IMG/VR virus record: IMGVR_UViG_3300025161_000009
Span: 1-53,777 of that record
Length of the DNA: 53,777 bases
From: a virus
Taxonomy: Duplodnaviria > Caudoviricetes
Direction: 5' to 3' (one strand)
The position numbers were made by a program, and so were the translations under genes. Position 1 is the stretch's first letter; the number at the start of each line of letters is the position of its first letter. Below are positions 37,901-46,185 of this stretch, piece by piece. The notes under the pieces are model-generated. The model saw only the letters and a list, made by a program, of their open reading frames with translations. It had not been told where the DNA came from and made no database searches.

Positions 37901-39070
37901 CCGTAAGGATACACTCCCACCTAAAGTAGAAACTTTAGTTGCTAACATAAGAGCATCCCAAGTATCCTGGAGGTACCCATTAGTCCCATCCCACTCTATC
38001 TTGTCAGACTTAGGGAGTTTCCCCTGGTCATACAGATTCTGGAGCTTTCTAAGGGTTTTAGTGTCAATCCTCTCAGTTTCTAAGTTGAGATAACTGGGGC
38101 CTCCAGTAACCTTCACACTCCTTACCCTGATAAACCCAGCCCTCTCCACCTTAGTAAGGGGAGATCCCCTCCGTAGATCTTCTGGTTTCAATCCAAAGAC
38201 TTCAGGGTTCCCCCTCACAAAGTCCTCATGGTCACCCTCACCTTCAACCCCTGGTTGGTTTGTATCTACAAGCTGCCCTCCAGGGGCTATAAAATAAGAA
38301 GCAGAAGTAGCCCCTTTTAGATCTACTTTAGTTATCTGGTCAAAGGTCTCCTTATACTCTATAGAAACCGATCCAGGAGTGGATCCCCCTTGTTGCCCTA
38401 GTATCCCGGAATGCCCAAAGTTGCCAGATCCAGGGCCTCCCTCGGATAAATCCTCAGGGTCTATCAGACGGGGTTTCCACTGTCTCATCCCTCCCCCTAG
38501 GATGAGTATCTGTTGAGGAGAGAACACTCTAACCTCCCCAGGCATGACAATAGCATCATACCCAAGAGATCTCAATGCTCTAGAGTAATCCCCCATCAGA
38601 CCAGGGTCCAAACCCCTCTTCCCCATGTACTCTAGGACATCTGGGTTCTCCCACCCCCCATCAGTCAGGACATTATAGGGGTTAGATGAGAAGACCTTTA
38701 CCGCAACTACCATTCCATCATCCCCAGTATAGTCAGCAGCATACTTGGGGTCAAAAGAAAAAGAGATCCCCTCATCATCATTTAGTTCATCCGTGGACAC
38801 TTGGAAGCCTTGGTTGATAATATCCTTGTAGTGAGGAGACCCATGGTACAGAGTATCTTTTACCCTGCTCTTCTCTACGAACTTCTCTCCATCAGAGTCG
38901 AACCCATACCGGGTACCAGTAGGCAGTAACCTGCCCACTTTAGGTGGTCTAACAGGCATACCCCCAGTACCTGCTTTTGACCCTCCCTGCTCACCTGGGA
39001 TACCCTCATGCCCCCAGTTTCCAGAACCGGGGCCTCCTTCTACTAACTTTTGGTAGAGGCTCTCCCTCAT
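34973..39070 (-). CDS. Polyvalent MuF (minor head) protein with two ADP-ribosyltransferase-like domains and a GNAT domain
   Basis: Follows the portal. MuF C..C...G..Y...C...CRH; N-terminal LYHGS..GISFS..A.DY..GYDA..EVRVF; GNAT G.GR.IM...A.GFY.KLG; C-terminal LYRG..ESWT..EREMV. Confidence 0.8.
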   Translation of the reverse strand: MRESLYQKLVEGGPGSGNWGHEGIPGEQGGSKAGTGGMPVRPPKVGRLLPTGTRYGFDSDGEKFVEKSRVKDTLYHGSPHYKDIINQGFQVSTDELNDDEGISFSFDPKYAADYTGDDGMVVAVKVFSSNPYNVLTDGGWENPDVLEYMGKRGLDPGLMGDYSRALRSLGYDAIVMPGEVRVFSPQQILILGGGMRQWKPRLIDPEDLSEGGPGSGNFGHSGILGQQGGSTPGSVSIEYKETFDQITKVDLKGATSASYFIAPGGQLVDTNQPGVEGEGDHEDFVRGNPEVFGLKPEDLRRGSPLTKVERAGFIRVRSVKVTGGPSYLNLETERIDTKTLRKLQNLYDQGKLPKSDKIEWDGTNGYLQDTWDALMLATKVSTLGGSVSLREFSRPLERFAPKAGEFSLGQSLSEIKLEYQETLSYIMLDYLTSPGNPSITRFRNQFRRAVNDAFTITFYTGWADSKGGEIPDEAVTWLVGRIETESGYADGLWEDLKSLKRELDPDEVAEWIWARAEGYTHTLDGIYSEARVRGALEMPLTFGGEDGEESCSTCQYLKGKTYPARWWVENGLIPGQSGNENFECKGYRCRHILLDPDGDIFTGPQATEVAHELWYLSLFEGGPGSGNFGHVGVPGQHGGSAPKIEGAVSSYDEISSSSIGKAYLVNPDGILIDAKGDHFNYIKNTSTPEALGLTKEDQEPGNMKGAIDKIFKAGVIRVREFPDKSVAIMTGYFNTKELKRLQNLILDDRIKVEDGKEISWFEQADDSKSEGRGIIRATRDEFLSASGVYNGQLRESDASSLSEGGQGSGNFGHLGVPGQHGGSASSGKPVSFQPGSPKGDAFHEEVKGWEGERASIGARATSFGWKSKGAKGVAIVDSEGKLAAVAQIRQLSPDKVKSTFGEGIPDGKYIEIMDLATRESGWGRQIMQDIVDRAAKAGSGVILVSAESAMGFYRKLGMVQGQDESVFYYTPEQCKEYSRIQEVLPAVALEDEPIEFIKVTLEITSEGGPTSGNWGHDGIPGQHGGSAPGGGFSKIGVSSYTSGSRDEIEAKAALYRDLRDREKELGGVGGKTPRGQIKMFNAEDRAKVLANRFSPGYWPVDQKHLDLTHRWMDEYGSSKTKDMVIKGLSGRSGLDYETCNHLVKSWAGSSNDNSPASLNLQLAASEFFGTELSEWQKERYAAVEEGAMLVREIVKAGDDASYYLSRGMTEEANEAMQRMEGATRRYDSLFAPWIPDKMDLLEEWEAAETWRETGAYDKFIRAVYDETQDFFKSQGYKGDDEIYLYRGIHFPGDVDFGTFVEYQGNCLESWTTRPGTTEIFGNVALGIKVPISNIFSTAMSGIGCLSEREMVILGGNFTAFVARKD

Positions 39071-40734
39071 TCTCTAGAAACTCTCCTGTAGGCTTCCATA
39101 ACTCTCTGTCTGAACTCTAAGAAAGCCTCTTGGGCTTGGCGCTCCTTATGACCCTGCTCAGAAGGTCCAGTTTGAGCTTGAGTAGAACTACCCACACCGA
39201 AAGCCTCATCTGTAGTTAACTCTTTAGCATCTACTACGCCTAGAGTCTGTAGGATGAGATTCCAAGAGGTTGCCAGTATCTTCTTTGCCGTCTCCTCAGG
39301 CACCTTATCTGTGAGCAATGCCCCAACAGCCCCAGTTACCCCAGATACAAGCTGGGCAAGGTCTGTCTGGAGGAGCTTATCCGTTGAGATCTCAGCATCA
39401 TAGGTCTTATAATTTGCCCCATTGTACTCCTCTTGAGCCCACAATACAATCCTAACCATCTTGCGGAATTGGGCTGCCCAGAATTTCTGGTAGCGTGAGA
39501 ACTGCCGGTACATGGGGCTCTCCATGGATGAAGCTGTTGCTAACCGGTAGGCATCCCCAGCTCCCATCCAGTGTGGGTAGACCCCTCCCCCCAATCCTGC
39601 CATGAGCAGCAGTGCCTCCCCGTCTGTCTTTGCATCACCAGCAGACGTCCCTAAGTTCAGGTTAGAAAGTTCAGCGGACTGGTTCTCAAAGAAGGTAGAA
39701 CCTGCGACTGCTGGCGGGTTAGTCTCAAGAGAGTTAGCAGCAGAAAGGGCAGATTGCATCTTTGCCCTCATTGCCTCAACTGCCCTGGATCCCCCTTGAA
39801 CCTTCACCTTCCGGACAAACATAGCAACAGCAGCAGCTACAGCTGCTCTATCTTCTCTAAACTTCTTATGAGCCCGTGACCAAGGTGCCCCAGCAGACAT
39901 CAAAGGCCAACCTCGGTCCCCACCTTTCCGATTGTGGGCAATATGCAGGCAGAGTACTGTAGTATTCTCCCGCATCTGGTCCGCCCGGATGGCACCCCTA
40001 GGTAGGACCTTCTCAACCAAGGGTACTACCTCACCTGAGGAGGTTATATACTCCTCGTCTAGAGCCCCTGAGCACACCGCTAACCAGTCTGGGTAGTAAA
40101 GCTCCTTGAACTCTCCTGAGGTAGTATTGTACGATCTATGATAAAACAGAACCTGGTCCTTGTCATCTGGGTGGGTTATAATCTCAGTTATTTCCTTGGT
40201 ATCTACCTCTCTCAAGGTTGCCTTACCATCGAGGGTAGAGATAAAAAAGAGTAAGAACTTCTCTCCATCTACTAGGATATCTTCAGACATAAACTGCAGT
40301 GAGTCATCTGCAAGGATGGGTTGGTTCCGGTCTGCTTTCCAGAACTCATTCCAGGGTTCCTGAGCATCCTCATCTACAGGAGAGATAGCAATATTCTCTC
40401 CAAACCCAAAGTTAGTCCACAACCAGACGATCCACTGGGAGATAACGTCATACCGGAAGAGGCGCCTGCACTCATCAACTGCTCTGAGTCGCTCCCCCTC
40501 AGAACCCTCAAGGGTATTATACCCTACAGACCCCACCAAGTCGTAGCCCATAGAGTTTATAAAGTCTTGGAGCAATGCAGAGTCAATCTCACGTAGTTGG
40601 GCAAGCAAGACATCTGGGGTCATCAGATAGGGACCTTCCATGTAGGCTTCATAGAGCTTCCGAGTGGCCGCCTCAAGGCGAGCCTTCTCTTTACCCAGTA
40701 TTAGCTCAGTCAATCGTTCTCTGATAGTTACCAT
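39067..40734 (-). CDS. Portal protein
   Basis: 555 aa after terL; DGE.F.F, EI..I...P.D, RG.P and G.P.H..G motifs. Confidence 0.85.
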   Translation of the reverse strand: MVTIRERLTELILGKEKARLEAATRKLYEAYMEGPYLMTPDVLLAQLREIDSALLQDFINSMGYDLVGSVGYNTLEGSEGERLRAVDECRRLFRYDVISQWIVWLWTNFGFGENIAISPVDEDAQEPWNEFWKADRNQPILADDSLQFMSEDILVDGEKFLLFFISTLDGKATLREVDTKEITEIITHPDDKDQVLFYHRSYNTTSGEFKELYYPDWLAVCSGALDEEYITSSGEVVPLVEKVLPRGAIRADQMRENTTVLCLHIAHNRKGGDRGWPLMSAGAPWSRAHKKFREDRAAVAAAVAMFVRKVKVQGGSRAVEAMRAKMQSALSAANSLETNPPAVAGSTFFENQSAELSNLNLGTSAGDAKTDGEALLLMAGLGGGVYPHWMGAGDAYRLATASSMESPMYRQFSRYQKFWAAQFRKMVRIVLWAQEEYNGANYKTYDAEISTDKLLQTDLAQLVSGVTGAVGALLTDKVPEETAKKILATSWNLILQTLGVVDAKELTTDEAFGVGSSTQAQTGPSEQGHKERQAQEAFLEFRQRVMEAYRRVSRE

Positions 40735-40736
40735 AG

Positions 40737-42056
40737 TTAGTACTCCACTCCAATCCTTACTGGGTTATAGATAATCTGCTCCTGGTCCTCCACAGGTGAC
40801 CCCAGTAACCCCGTCACCATGTACCGCAGGCAGTCCAAGAGATGGAAGCTTTCTTTGTTCTCTATTGCATCAGTCGGCATAGAGTTCTTGTCCACAACAC
40901 GCCGGTAGGTACCAATCTCTGAGAGTAAACCGATACAGCCTTTATGGATAAACAAGACCCGGGAGCGGAACAGTTGAGATACTCTGTCAATGCCTGCCCA
41001 AACGTCAGTAACCCCAGGTGCCTCAAGGGGTAAACCCCAACCTGACCAGTCTACTCTAGCCTGGCGTTCTGAGGGACCCCCACCAAACCAGCGCCAGATT
41101 GTCTCATCCCGTGAGAGGTCTAGTATGTTCTGGACATGCCCACCTGTGGTAAGCCCATACGGCTGCATGTACTCCCGGTAGATATGCAGGGTCCCATTCT
41201 GAGGGTCATAGGCTCCCCACAGACAAGCCACATAGGCACCCAGAGGGTCAATGCCGACTACTCTTGGCCAAGTGAGGGGTGGTACAAAGGAGTCAATAGT
41301 ATTATACTCCTCATCAAAGCTCTCATAGATGGCACCCTCAGGTACCACCCACAAGCCCTCAAGGAGCCTTGCCCTCCGGTTGCCAGACAGCTTCCCTAGA
41401 ACTGCTAAGGTCCTATTCCCGGCAGATGTCCATGCCTGCCTTTCCTCATCCCACAACATGGGGTTATCCTTGTGCTTGCTATGGAGTAGAGTTAGGTCCC
41501 CCTGCCTAGACTTAGACAGGATCCAGTGGGTTGGAGCAGACGGGTTGCAGTCCCCAATCAGCTGGGGATAGAGAATATTACCAGCACGCCCAGTGGCACG
41601 GGTTGAGAGCACCTCCCACTCAGCTAGGGACAGCTCCTCACACTGGTTGACATAGATCAAGTCCCTTTCTGAAGAGAGCACCTTGTCCGGGTTGTCCATC
41701 CCACCTACCCAGACCTGAGACCCGTTGGGGTAGTTATAAAGTTCAGGCTTGGACCCACCAAGCATAACTACCCGAGTCCCCCTCCCAAGCACCTTCTTGG
41801 AGTATGTCTGAAGAACAGACCCTGCCATACTCCGGTACGTCTTGCGGACAATAGCAATCTGGGCTCCTGGGTACTTCCAGGCAATAGCATCCAACTTGTG
41901 GAGGCAGGCCAGAGTCTTACCCGTCTCGGAAGGTCCCTCAATCACAACCTGCTGGTCATGGTTAGACCAGAGCTCCTTGGCTGCCCCTTTTGGGCGGTAT
42001 GCCCCAGGGACATTTGAGTCATCAGGTAACTCAGCCAAGATAAAAGAGGTCTTCAA
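40737..42056 (-). CDS. terL: Terminase large subunit
   Basis: EGPSETGKT, R.T..S, DCNP, HKDNP, LEG.W...EG.IY, GID and H.LD.LRY motifs. Confidence 0.93.
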   Translation of the reverse strand: MKTSFILAELPDDSNVPGAYRPKGAAKELWSNHDQQVVIEGPSETGKTLACLHKLDAIAWKYPGAQIAIVRKTYRSMAGSVLQTYSKKVLGRGTRVVMLGGSKPELYNYPNGSQVWVGGMDNPDKVLSSERDLIYVNQCEELSLAEWEVLSTRATGRAGNILYPQLIGDCNPSAPTHWILSKSRQGDLTLLHSKHKDNPMLWDEERQAWTSAGNRTLAVLGKLSGNRRARLLEGLWVVPEGAIYESFDEEYNTIDSFVPPLTWPRVVGIDPLGAYVACLWGAYDPQNGTLHIYREYMQPYGLTTGGHVQNILDLSRDETIWRWFGGGPSERQARVDWSGWGLPLEAPGVTDVWAGIDRVSQLFRSRVLFIHKGCIGLLSEIGTYRRVVDKNSMPTDAIENKESFHLLDCLRYMVTGLLGSPVEDQEQIIYNPVRIGVEY

Positions 42057-42070
42057 GGGTCCACCTCAAG

Positions 42071-43108
42071 TCAAGTAGGTTCCATGTACCGGACAGCTTT
42101 CTTTATACAGACATACCGGCCCTTGAAGGGGCCATCCAAGATAAGCCCCCAAGCATCAGTACCATCTATGTCCCCTAAAGCCACTACTTCACCTGGAGGG
42201 AGCGACCCTACTTTAGGGTGGTATTGGCCAGGTCCAGCTTTTACTTCCAGGTGAAGTACTCCAGGCTTGACCCTGAAGTAGAATGGGGTTAGACTAGGAG
42301 CCTGGGAAGGGGTCCCTAGTAAGGAGGCAGCGGGCTCAAGCAGATCATAGCGGTTTTTAGCCACGACAGAGTCTAAAGACCAAAACCAGAACATCTCAAT
42401 ACCCAGCTGGCTTATACCCGTCTGTATAAAGTTGGCTATATCCGCTGGAGTAGGAGACCAAGAGGGAGTGGAATACATAGCACCTAGGGGCTCCTGGGGT
42501 AGAACCCTAATGTCATCATACTCTGAGACGGACTTAAGTAACTGGCTCCCAGGGTTATGAGCCCCCACCCAGTAGCACTGTTGGGCAACATGGGTCATCC
42601 TATCTGCCCTAAGGAACTCCTTCCAAGGGAGAGTAGGGTGGGCTGTGGGGTACCGGTAGGAGCACATGCCGACTGGGTGCCCACTAGGGAGACCCTTTAG
42701 CCCCTCCATGTAGGTCTTAGCAGATGAGTAACGGTAAGGGGAGGTCTTCCATCCTGCTCCTGCAGCCTCCTCAATGTCCAGTTTAAGTGACCTAAGACCT
42801 AGCGTCTTAACCCGCTCAACTGCTACTTTAGCCTGAGTACCAGGAGACACAGCCGGGAGCGAGTATGGGTAGATCCATCCATGGACCTCAATACCACCCT
42901 CCTCAAGTGTCTTGATCCAGACACCCTTGAGGTAGGAGTCATTACCAGTCTGTTTCCCTTTGGCATCCACCTGGTTGAACTTGAAGGTACCATCTGCTAC
43001 CTTGACACAGAGGGCAGAGATATTGTAGGTACTGCATAACATGAGTAACTGGTCGAGGGGAAGGCAGTCCTGGATATGCCAGACAAACAAGCCATACTTA
43101 GCAGTCAA
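42071..43108 (-). CDS. Endolysin (GH25-like TIM barrel plus SH3-like C-terminus)
   Basis: VK.ADG, GW.Y.Y, LDIE and Q.YW motifs; C-terminal L.V..GPG..H..VG.L. Confidence 0.7.
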   Translation of the reverse strand: MTAKYGLFVWHIQDCLPLDQLLMLCSTYNISALCVKVADGTFKFNQVDAKGKQTGNDSYLKGVWIKTLEEGGIEVHGWIYPYSLPAVSPGTQAKVAVERVKTLGLRSLKLDIEEAAGAGWKTSPYRYSSAKTYMEGLKGLPSGHPVGMCSYRYPTAHPTLPWKEFLRADRMTHVAQQCYWVGAHNPGSQLLKSVSEYDDIRVLPQEPLGAMYSTPSWSPTPADIANFIQTGISQLGIEMFWFWSLDSVVAKNRYDLLEPAASLLGTPSQAPSLTPFYFRVKPGVLHLEVKAGPGQYHPKVGSLPPGEVVALGDIDGTDAWGLILDGPFKGRYVCIKKAVRYMEPT

Positions 43109-43536
43109 CTCTCTCCTCCAGTCGGCATCCCATCAGAAGGGGCATCTCCCCCAGGGGGCACACCCACCCTCTTGAGTAGAGGTACTGCACTTGCTGGTAT
43201 CACCCCAATGGTCTGAAGGTTACCCAGGATCCCTCCTACTGCAGCAAGAGCAATCGAGCCCCAGGCTATCTTTGCCGCTCCTGCCGTAAAGATCAAGAAG
43301 GTCTCGTACCCTGGGATATCTCTCACAACTTCAGGAGGTATGAGTGGAACTAACTCAAGGACCAACCACCCCAGCAACTTTGGAGCATAAAATGCCAAGA
43401 AGTCTGGTAACTTCTTCAGCTCAAAGTCCTTAGTAACAAAGATGGCTACTGCTACCCCCAGGATGAGCTGGACAAAGATCAACCCCAGAGTCACCCACAA
43501 GTAGGGCAGCATGCCTTGGACAAGAGAAATAAACAT
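43105..43536 (-). CDS. Holin-like membrane protein
   Basis: Three TM segments, LGV..A.....F...KL..F and I..NL..IG motifs; overlaps the lysin start. Confidence 0.65.
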   Translation of the reverse strand: MFISLVQGMLPYLWVTLGLIFVQLILGVAVAIFVTKDFELKKLPDFLAFYAPKLLGWLVLELVPLIPPEVVRDIPGYETFLIFTAGAAKIAWGSIALAAVGGILGNLQTIGVIPASAVPLLKRVGVPPGGDAPSDGMPTGGES

Positions 43537-43572
43537 TGTCTAAACTCCTTTCCCTAACTAAAAAGGGGTACT

Positions 43573-44145
43573 TCAGAGGTCCTCATACCGGACACCCTGA
43601 ACTACCTTTACAATGACATCTCCTAAGTCCTGGAGGTCTATAGTCTCCCCCCACAGCTTTAGGTGTTTACCCAGTATCTCTAGAGCCTTCTGGGCGTCAT
43701 ACAGCTCAAAGGTGAACTTCCCCTTATCCCAACCTACTTTCTTAATCAGATACCCCTTCTCCTTGACTAGGTCCCAATTTACTTCCCTGCCGACTACCTG
43801 CACCGTACCATCTGGTTGGATCTCAAGGACCTCCTTGAAGAAGTCGGCAATGTTAGCAGTAGCCTGCTCAGATAGCCTATGCAGTATCGAGGGCCCAGAA
43901 AGTACCTGGTTAGCAAGCTCTTGGTCAATGATCTCCCGGATATGGGGTTTACCAAGATAAAGAGAAGACAGGGATCTAGCCCTCTCAGGAGTAGTCGCCC
44001 CAGCCTCATAAGCTGCCTTTACTCCATTCAGAGTCTTCAAGTAGGCTAGCACGAACTTCTTCTCCCTACCTGTTAGTGGGACCATCTTTGTCTCCCCAGT
44101 ATGGGGATCCCGGTGGGGCTTCTTCCAGTTAGAAAGGCTTAGCAC
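43573..44145 (-). CDS. terS: Terminase small subunit
   Basis: LT.RE..F...YL...N...AA..AG and D..KALE.LGKHL.L motifs. Confidence 0.88.
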   Translation of the reverse strand: MLSLSNWKKPHRDPHTGETKMVPLTGREKKFVLAYLKTLNGVKAAYEAGATTPERARSLSSLYLGKPHIREIIDQELANQVLSGPSILHRLSEQATANIADFFKEVLEIQPDGTVQVVGREVNWDLVKEKGYLIKKVGWDKGKFTFELYDAQKALEILGKHLKLWGETIDLQDLGDVIVKVVQGVRYEDL

Positions 44146-44164
44146 AGAAGTACCTCCTAGGGTA

Positions 44165-44173
44165 ATTATAACA
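44165..44173 (-). promoter_or_regulatory. Extended -10 promoter upstream of terS
   Basis: TGTTATAAT on the minus strand, followed by AGGAGG SD. Confidence 0.55.
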
Positions 44174-44202
44174 TACCTTGGGCAGTAAAAAGGGATAAAT
44201 TT

Positions 44203-44688
44203 TCAGTCCTCAGGTAGAGAGACAGCTGTCCACCCGTCCCACCACTCCAGGGTACCATTAAGTAACTTCAAGGCGGTCCTGTACTTCATACCAACTTTCT
44301 TGCAGACCTCCCGTATTTGGTCAGACGTCTTGAGGGGTCCATAGATATCCCCCACAGGGGACTCCAGGTAGTACTCTAACTCAGGAGGCTTCCAAGGGAT
44401 AGCATCCATCAAGTCAAACTCATCTGCCTTCCGCCACCCTTTCGAACTCTGGTACTCCCCCTTATCTACAGACCTCATGTTGTTAGGTTCCAACCCGAAC
44501 TCTCTACAGAAAGCAGCCAGGTTAGTGATAGGTCCATACACTACCCCATCAGGGGAGACAAACCCTTTCCACACCTTCTGGTGGATCTTTGCCATCTTCT
44601 CTGCAAAGGCTCTGGACCTCCTTGGGATGGACCTTTTAGGTCTTTTCTTTAGGTCCCAATCTGGCTCAGTTCTATAAAGTTTTTCCAT
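44203..44688 (-). CDS. Protein with two NUMOD/IENR-like DNA-binding repeats, no nuclease domain seen
   Basis: F.SPDG.VY..I.NL..FCRE.GL...KGW and a second ESP.G..Y..L...C...G....GW repeat. Confidence 0.65.
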   Translation of the reverse strand: MEKLYRTEPDWDLKKRPKRSIPRRSRAFAEKMAKIHQKVWKGFVSPDGVVYGPITNLAAFCREFGLEPNNMRSVDKGEYQSSKGWRKADEFDLMDAIPWKPPELEYYLESPVGDIYGPLKTSDQIREVCKKVGMKYRTALKLLNGTLEWWDGWTAVSLPED

Positions 44689-44726
44689 TTCTACCTCCTT
44701 CTAACACTGGTAACTCCTTACCCTAA

Positions 44727-44819
44727 CACTGTTTACCCGTTTGTATTACATAGTAATACAAACGGGTAACCAGTGACAGGTATCTTCTAACAGTGCTTCT
44801 TGAGATTCTAACAGTGCTA
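44727..44819 (-). repeat. 93-bp element copy B
   Basis: Matches copy A; hairpin 44733-44749/44753-44769. Confidence 0.9.
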
Positions 44820-44886
44820 ATCCACTGTTAGAAGATACCCCTAAAAACTGAGGAGATTTCACCAGATTTAATCTTGATCTAACCTT

Positions 44887-44955
44887 CACTGTCATAAAAT
44901 ACCCGTCACTGGTAAAATATTTTCTTACTAAACTCCCAGGTAAACAGTGCTTCCC
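44887..44955 (+). repeat. Degenerate copy C of the element (no hairpin)
   Basis: cactgtcataaaatacccgtcactgg...gtaaacagtgcttccc matches 32368-32442. Confidence 0.7.
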
Positions 44956-44967
44956 TCTAATCTGTCT

Positions 44968-45357
44968 CTAATCTTGCCTTATAACTACAGGTAAATACTG
45001 ATAACTGCAGTCTAAAGGGTATGGTACATTCCCCGGGCTTACTACCCCCATACCACCCTGGATGGCTACCCAAGCATCCTTTACATACCACCCTGGGTAT
45101 GGGGGAGTTCTAAACTCAGCCTTAAGGTACCCAGCACCATCTCTAGCTAGTAGCACCTGAACCTCTAAGGGGTACCCCTCTAACAAAACTGCCCCAGGTA
45201 AATTAGGGTCAGGCAAGAAATTCTCATACCGTAAAATGGCCGAGTTACAGGTACCCTGGACGACCAGAACCCTCGCTGGTTTAGCCACTTCCCCCATGAC
45301 AGGTTGGGGGCTCAACACAGCCCAGATAAGCAATATGACGAGCATTCTAACCTTCAT
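44968..45357 (-). CDS. Secreted protein with signal peptide and C-terminal YLPVVIR
   Basis: Basic plus hydrophobic N-terminus; ends YQYLPVVIRQD. Confidence 0.65.
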   Translation of the reverse strand: MKVRMLVILLIWAVLSPQPVMGEVAKPARVLVVQGTCNSAILRYENFLPDPNLPGAVLLEGYPLEVQVLLARDGAGYLKAEFRTPPYPGWYVKDAWVAIQGGMGVVSPGNVPYPLDCSYQYLPVVIRQD

Positions 45358-45578
45358 TTTACTCTCCTAAAGACAACCCCTGGTGGGGGGTCGCATGCTT
45401 TTCTTGCCTCCTTGAAGCTGCCTTTCCACCCAGAGCGGGAGACTCTCCCCTTAGTATACGAGTATACCCATTGAGAATAAACCTGGCCAAAGACACTACC
45501 ATAATCTACAGCTACCAGTTTTATAGTGGCTTTATACCCTGGAGCAGTAGCTACCCAGCATGCGCCAATCTCATCCAT
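45354..45578 (-). CDS. Hypothetical protein
   Basis: Tiles with neighbours; ATGA overlap. Confidence 0.55.
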   Translation of the reverse strand: MDEIGACWVATAPGYKATIKLVAVDYGSVFGQVYSQWVYSYTKGRVSRSGWKGSFKEARKACDPPPGVVFRRVK

Positions 45579-45586
45579 TTTAGATT

Positions 45587-45715
45587 TTACTCTCCTAGTA
45601 TGAAGTCTAAGATAATTAAGCTCAAGATCACCAAAGACCCCAGGAGTACTCCCAGTAGGCTGAGAGCAAACATAAGAAAGCGAGTGACCAGATGATAAGA
45701 GTCAGTAAGATACAT
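45587..45715 (-). CDS. Small single-TM protein (not in the ORF track)
   Basis: MYLTDSYHLVTRFLMFALSLLGVLLGSLVILSLIILDFILGE*; fills the gap between neighbours. Confidence 0.4.
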   Translation of the reverse strand: MYLTDSYHLVTRFLMFALSLLGVLLGSLVILSLIILDFILGE

Positions 45716-45724
45716 CTTGCTAGC

Positions 45725-45937
45725 TCACTTAGTAACTCTCTCATGGCGGTTCTTGCCCCTTAGCCTCTTAGTTACCCTCTTGTAGGTTCCCTCAGATTTC
45801 TGGATCTTCTCAACATGTAGTGCTGCAGACCTGAGCTCATTCCCAAGCGCTCTCGCCTCTGATGGCGCTAGCGCTATAGTAATGCCATCTATAAGCAGGA
45901 AGATCTTGTCTTCTACTACAGAAACTCTTGGTTTCAT
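45725..45937 (-). CDS. Hypothetical protein
   Basis: GAGGAGG SD; L...EAR.L...L..AA motif. Confidence 0.6.
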   Translation of the reverse strand: MKPRVSVVEDKIFLLIDGITIALAPSEARALGNELRSAALHVEKIQKSEGTYKRVTKRLRGKNRHERVTK

Positions 45938-46185
45938 AACCGGTTTACCTCCTCATTCAGGCCATCCACAAAGTCAAAGAGTGGCTTGAGTACCTTGTTG
46001 GCTAGAAAGGCCCCAAAGTGCCTTCCCTGGATCCTAGCTTTAGATGGGGGTTCCATCTCTACATCATCCCCAAACCAGGTTCTGGTAATCATGCCCTGCA
46101 TCTTTTCAAAAGCATCTTGAAGTATATAGAACATGATGCTAACTTGCCTCCAATCTTTTAAGGTTTTAGGGGTATTCTGCCCCAT
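45934..46185 (-). CDS. Hypothetical protein
   Basis: Likely start ATG 46185. Confidence 0.5.
   Translation of the reverse strand: MGQNTPKTLKDWRQVSIMFYILQDAFEKMQGMITRTWFGDDVEMEPPSKARIQGRHFGAFLANKVLKPLFDFVDGLNEEVNRL

Noticed and set aside
32344-44819. Transposon terminal inverted repeats, or a DGR TR/VR pair
   Set aside because: No transposase, recombinase or reverse transcriptase was seen; differences are compensatory rather than adenine-specific; the enclosed genes are core phage genes.
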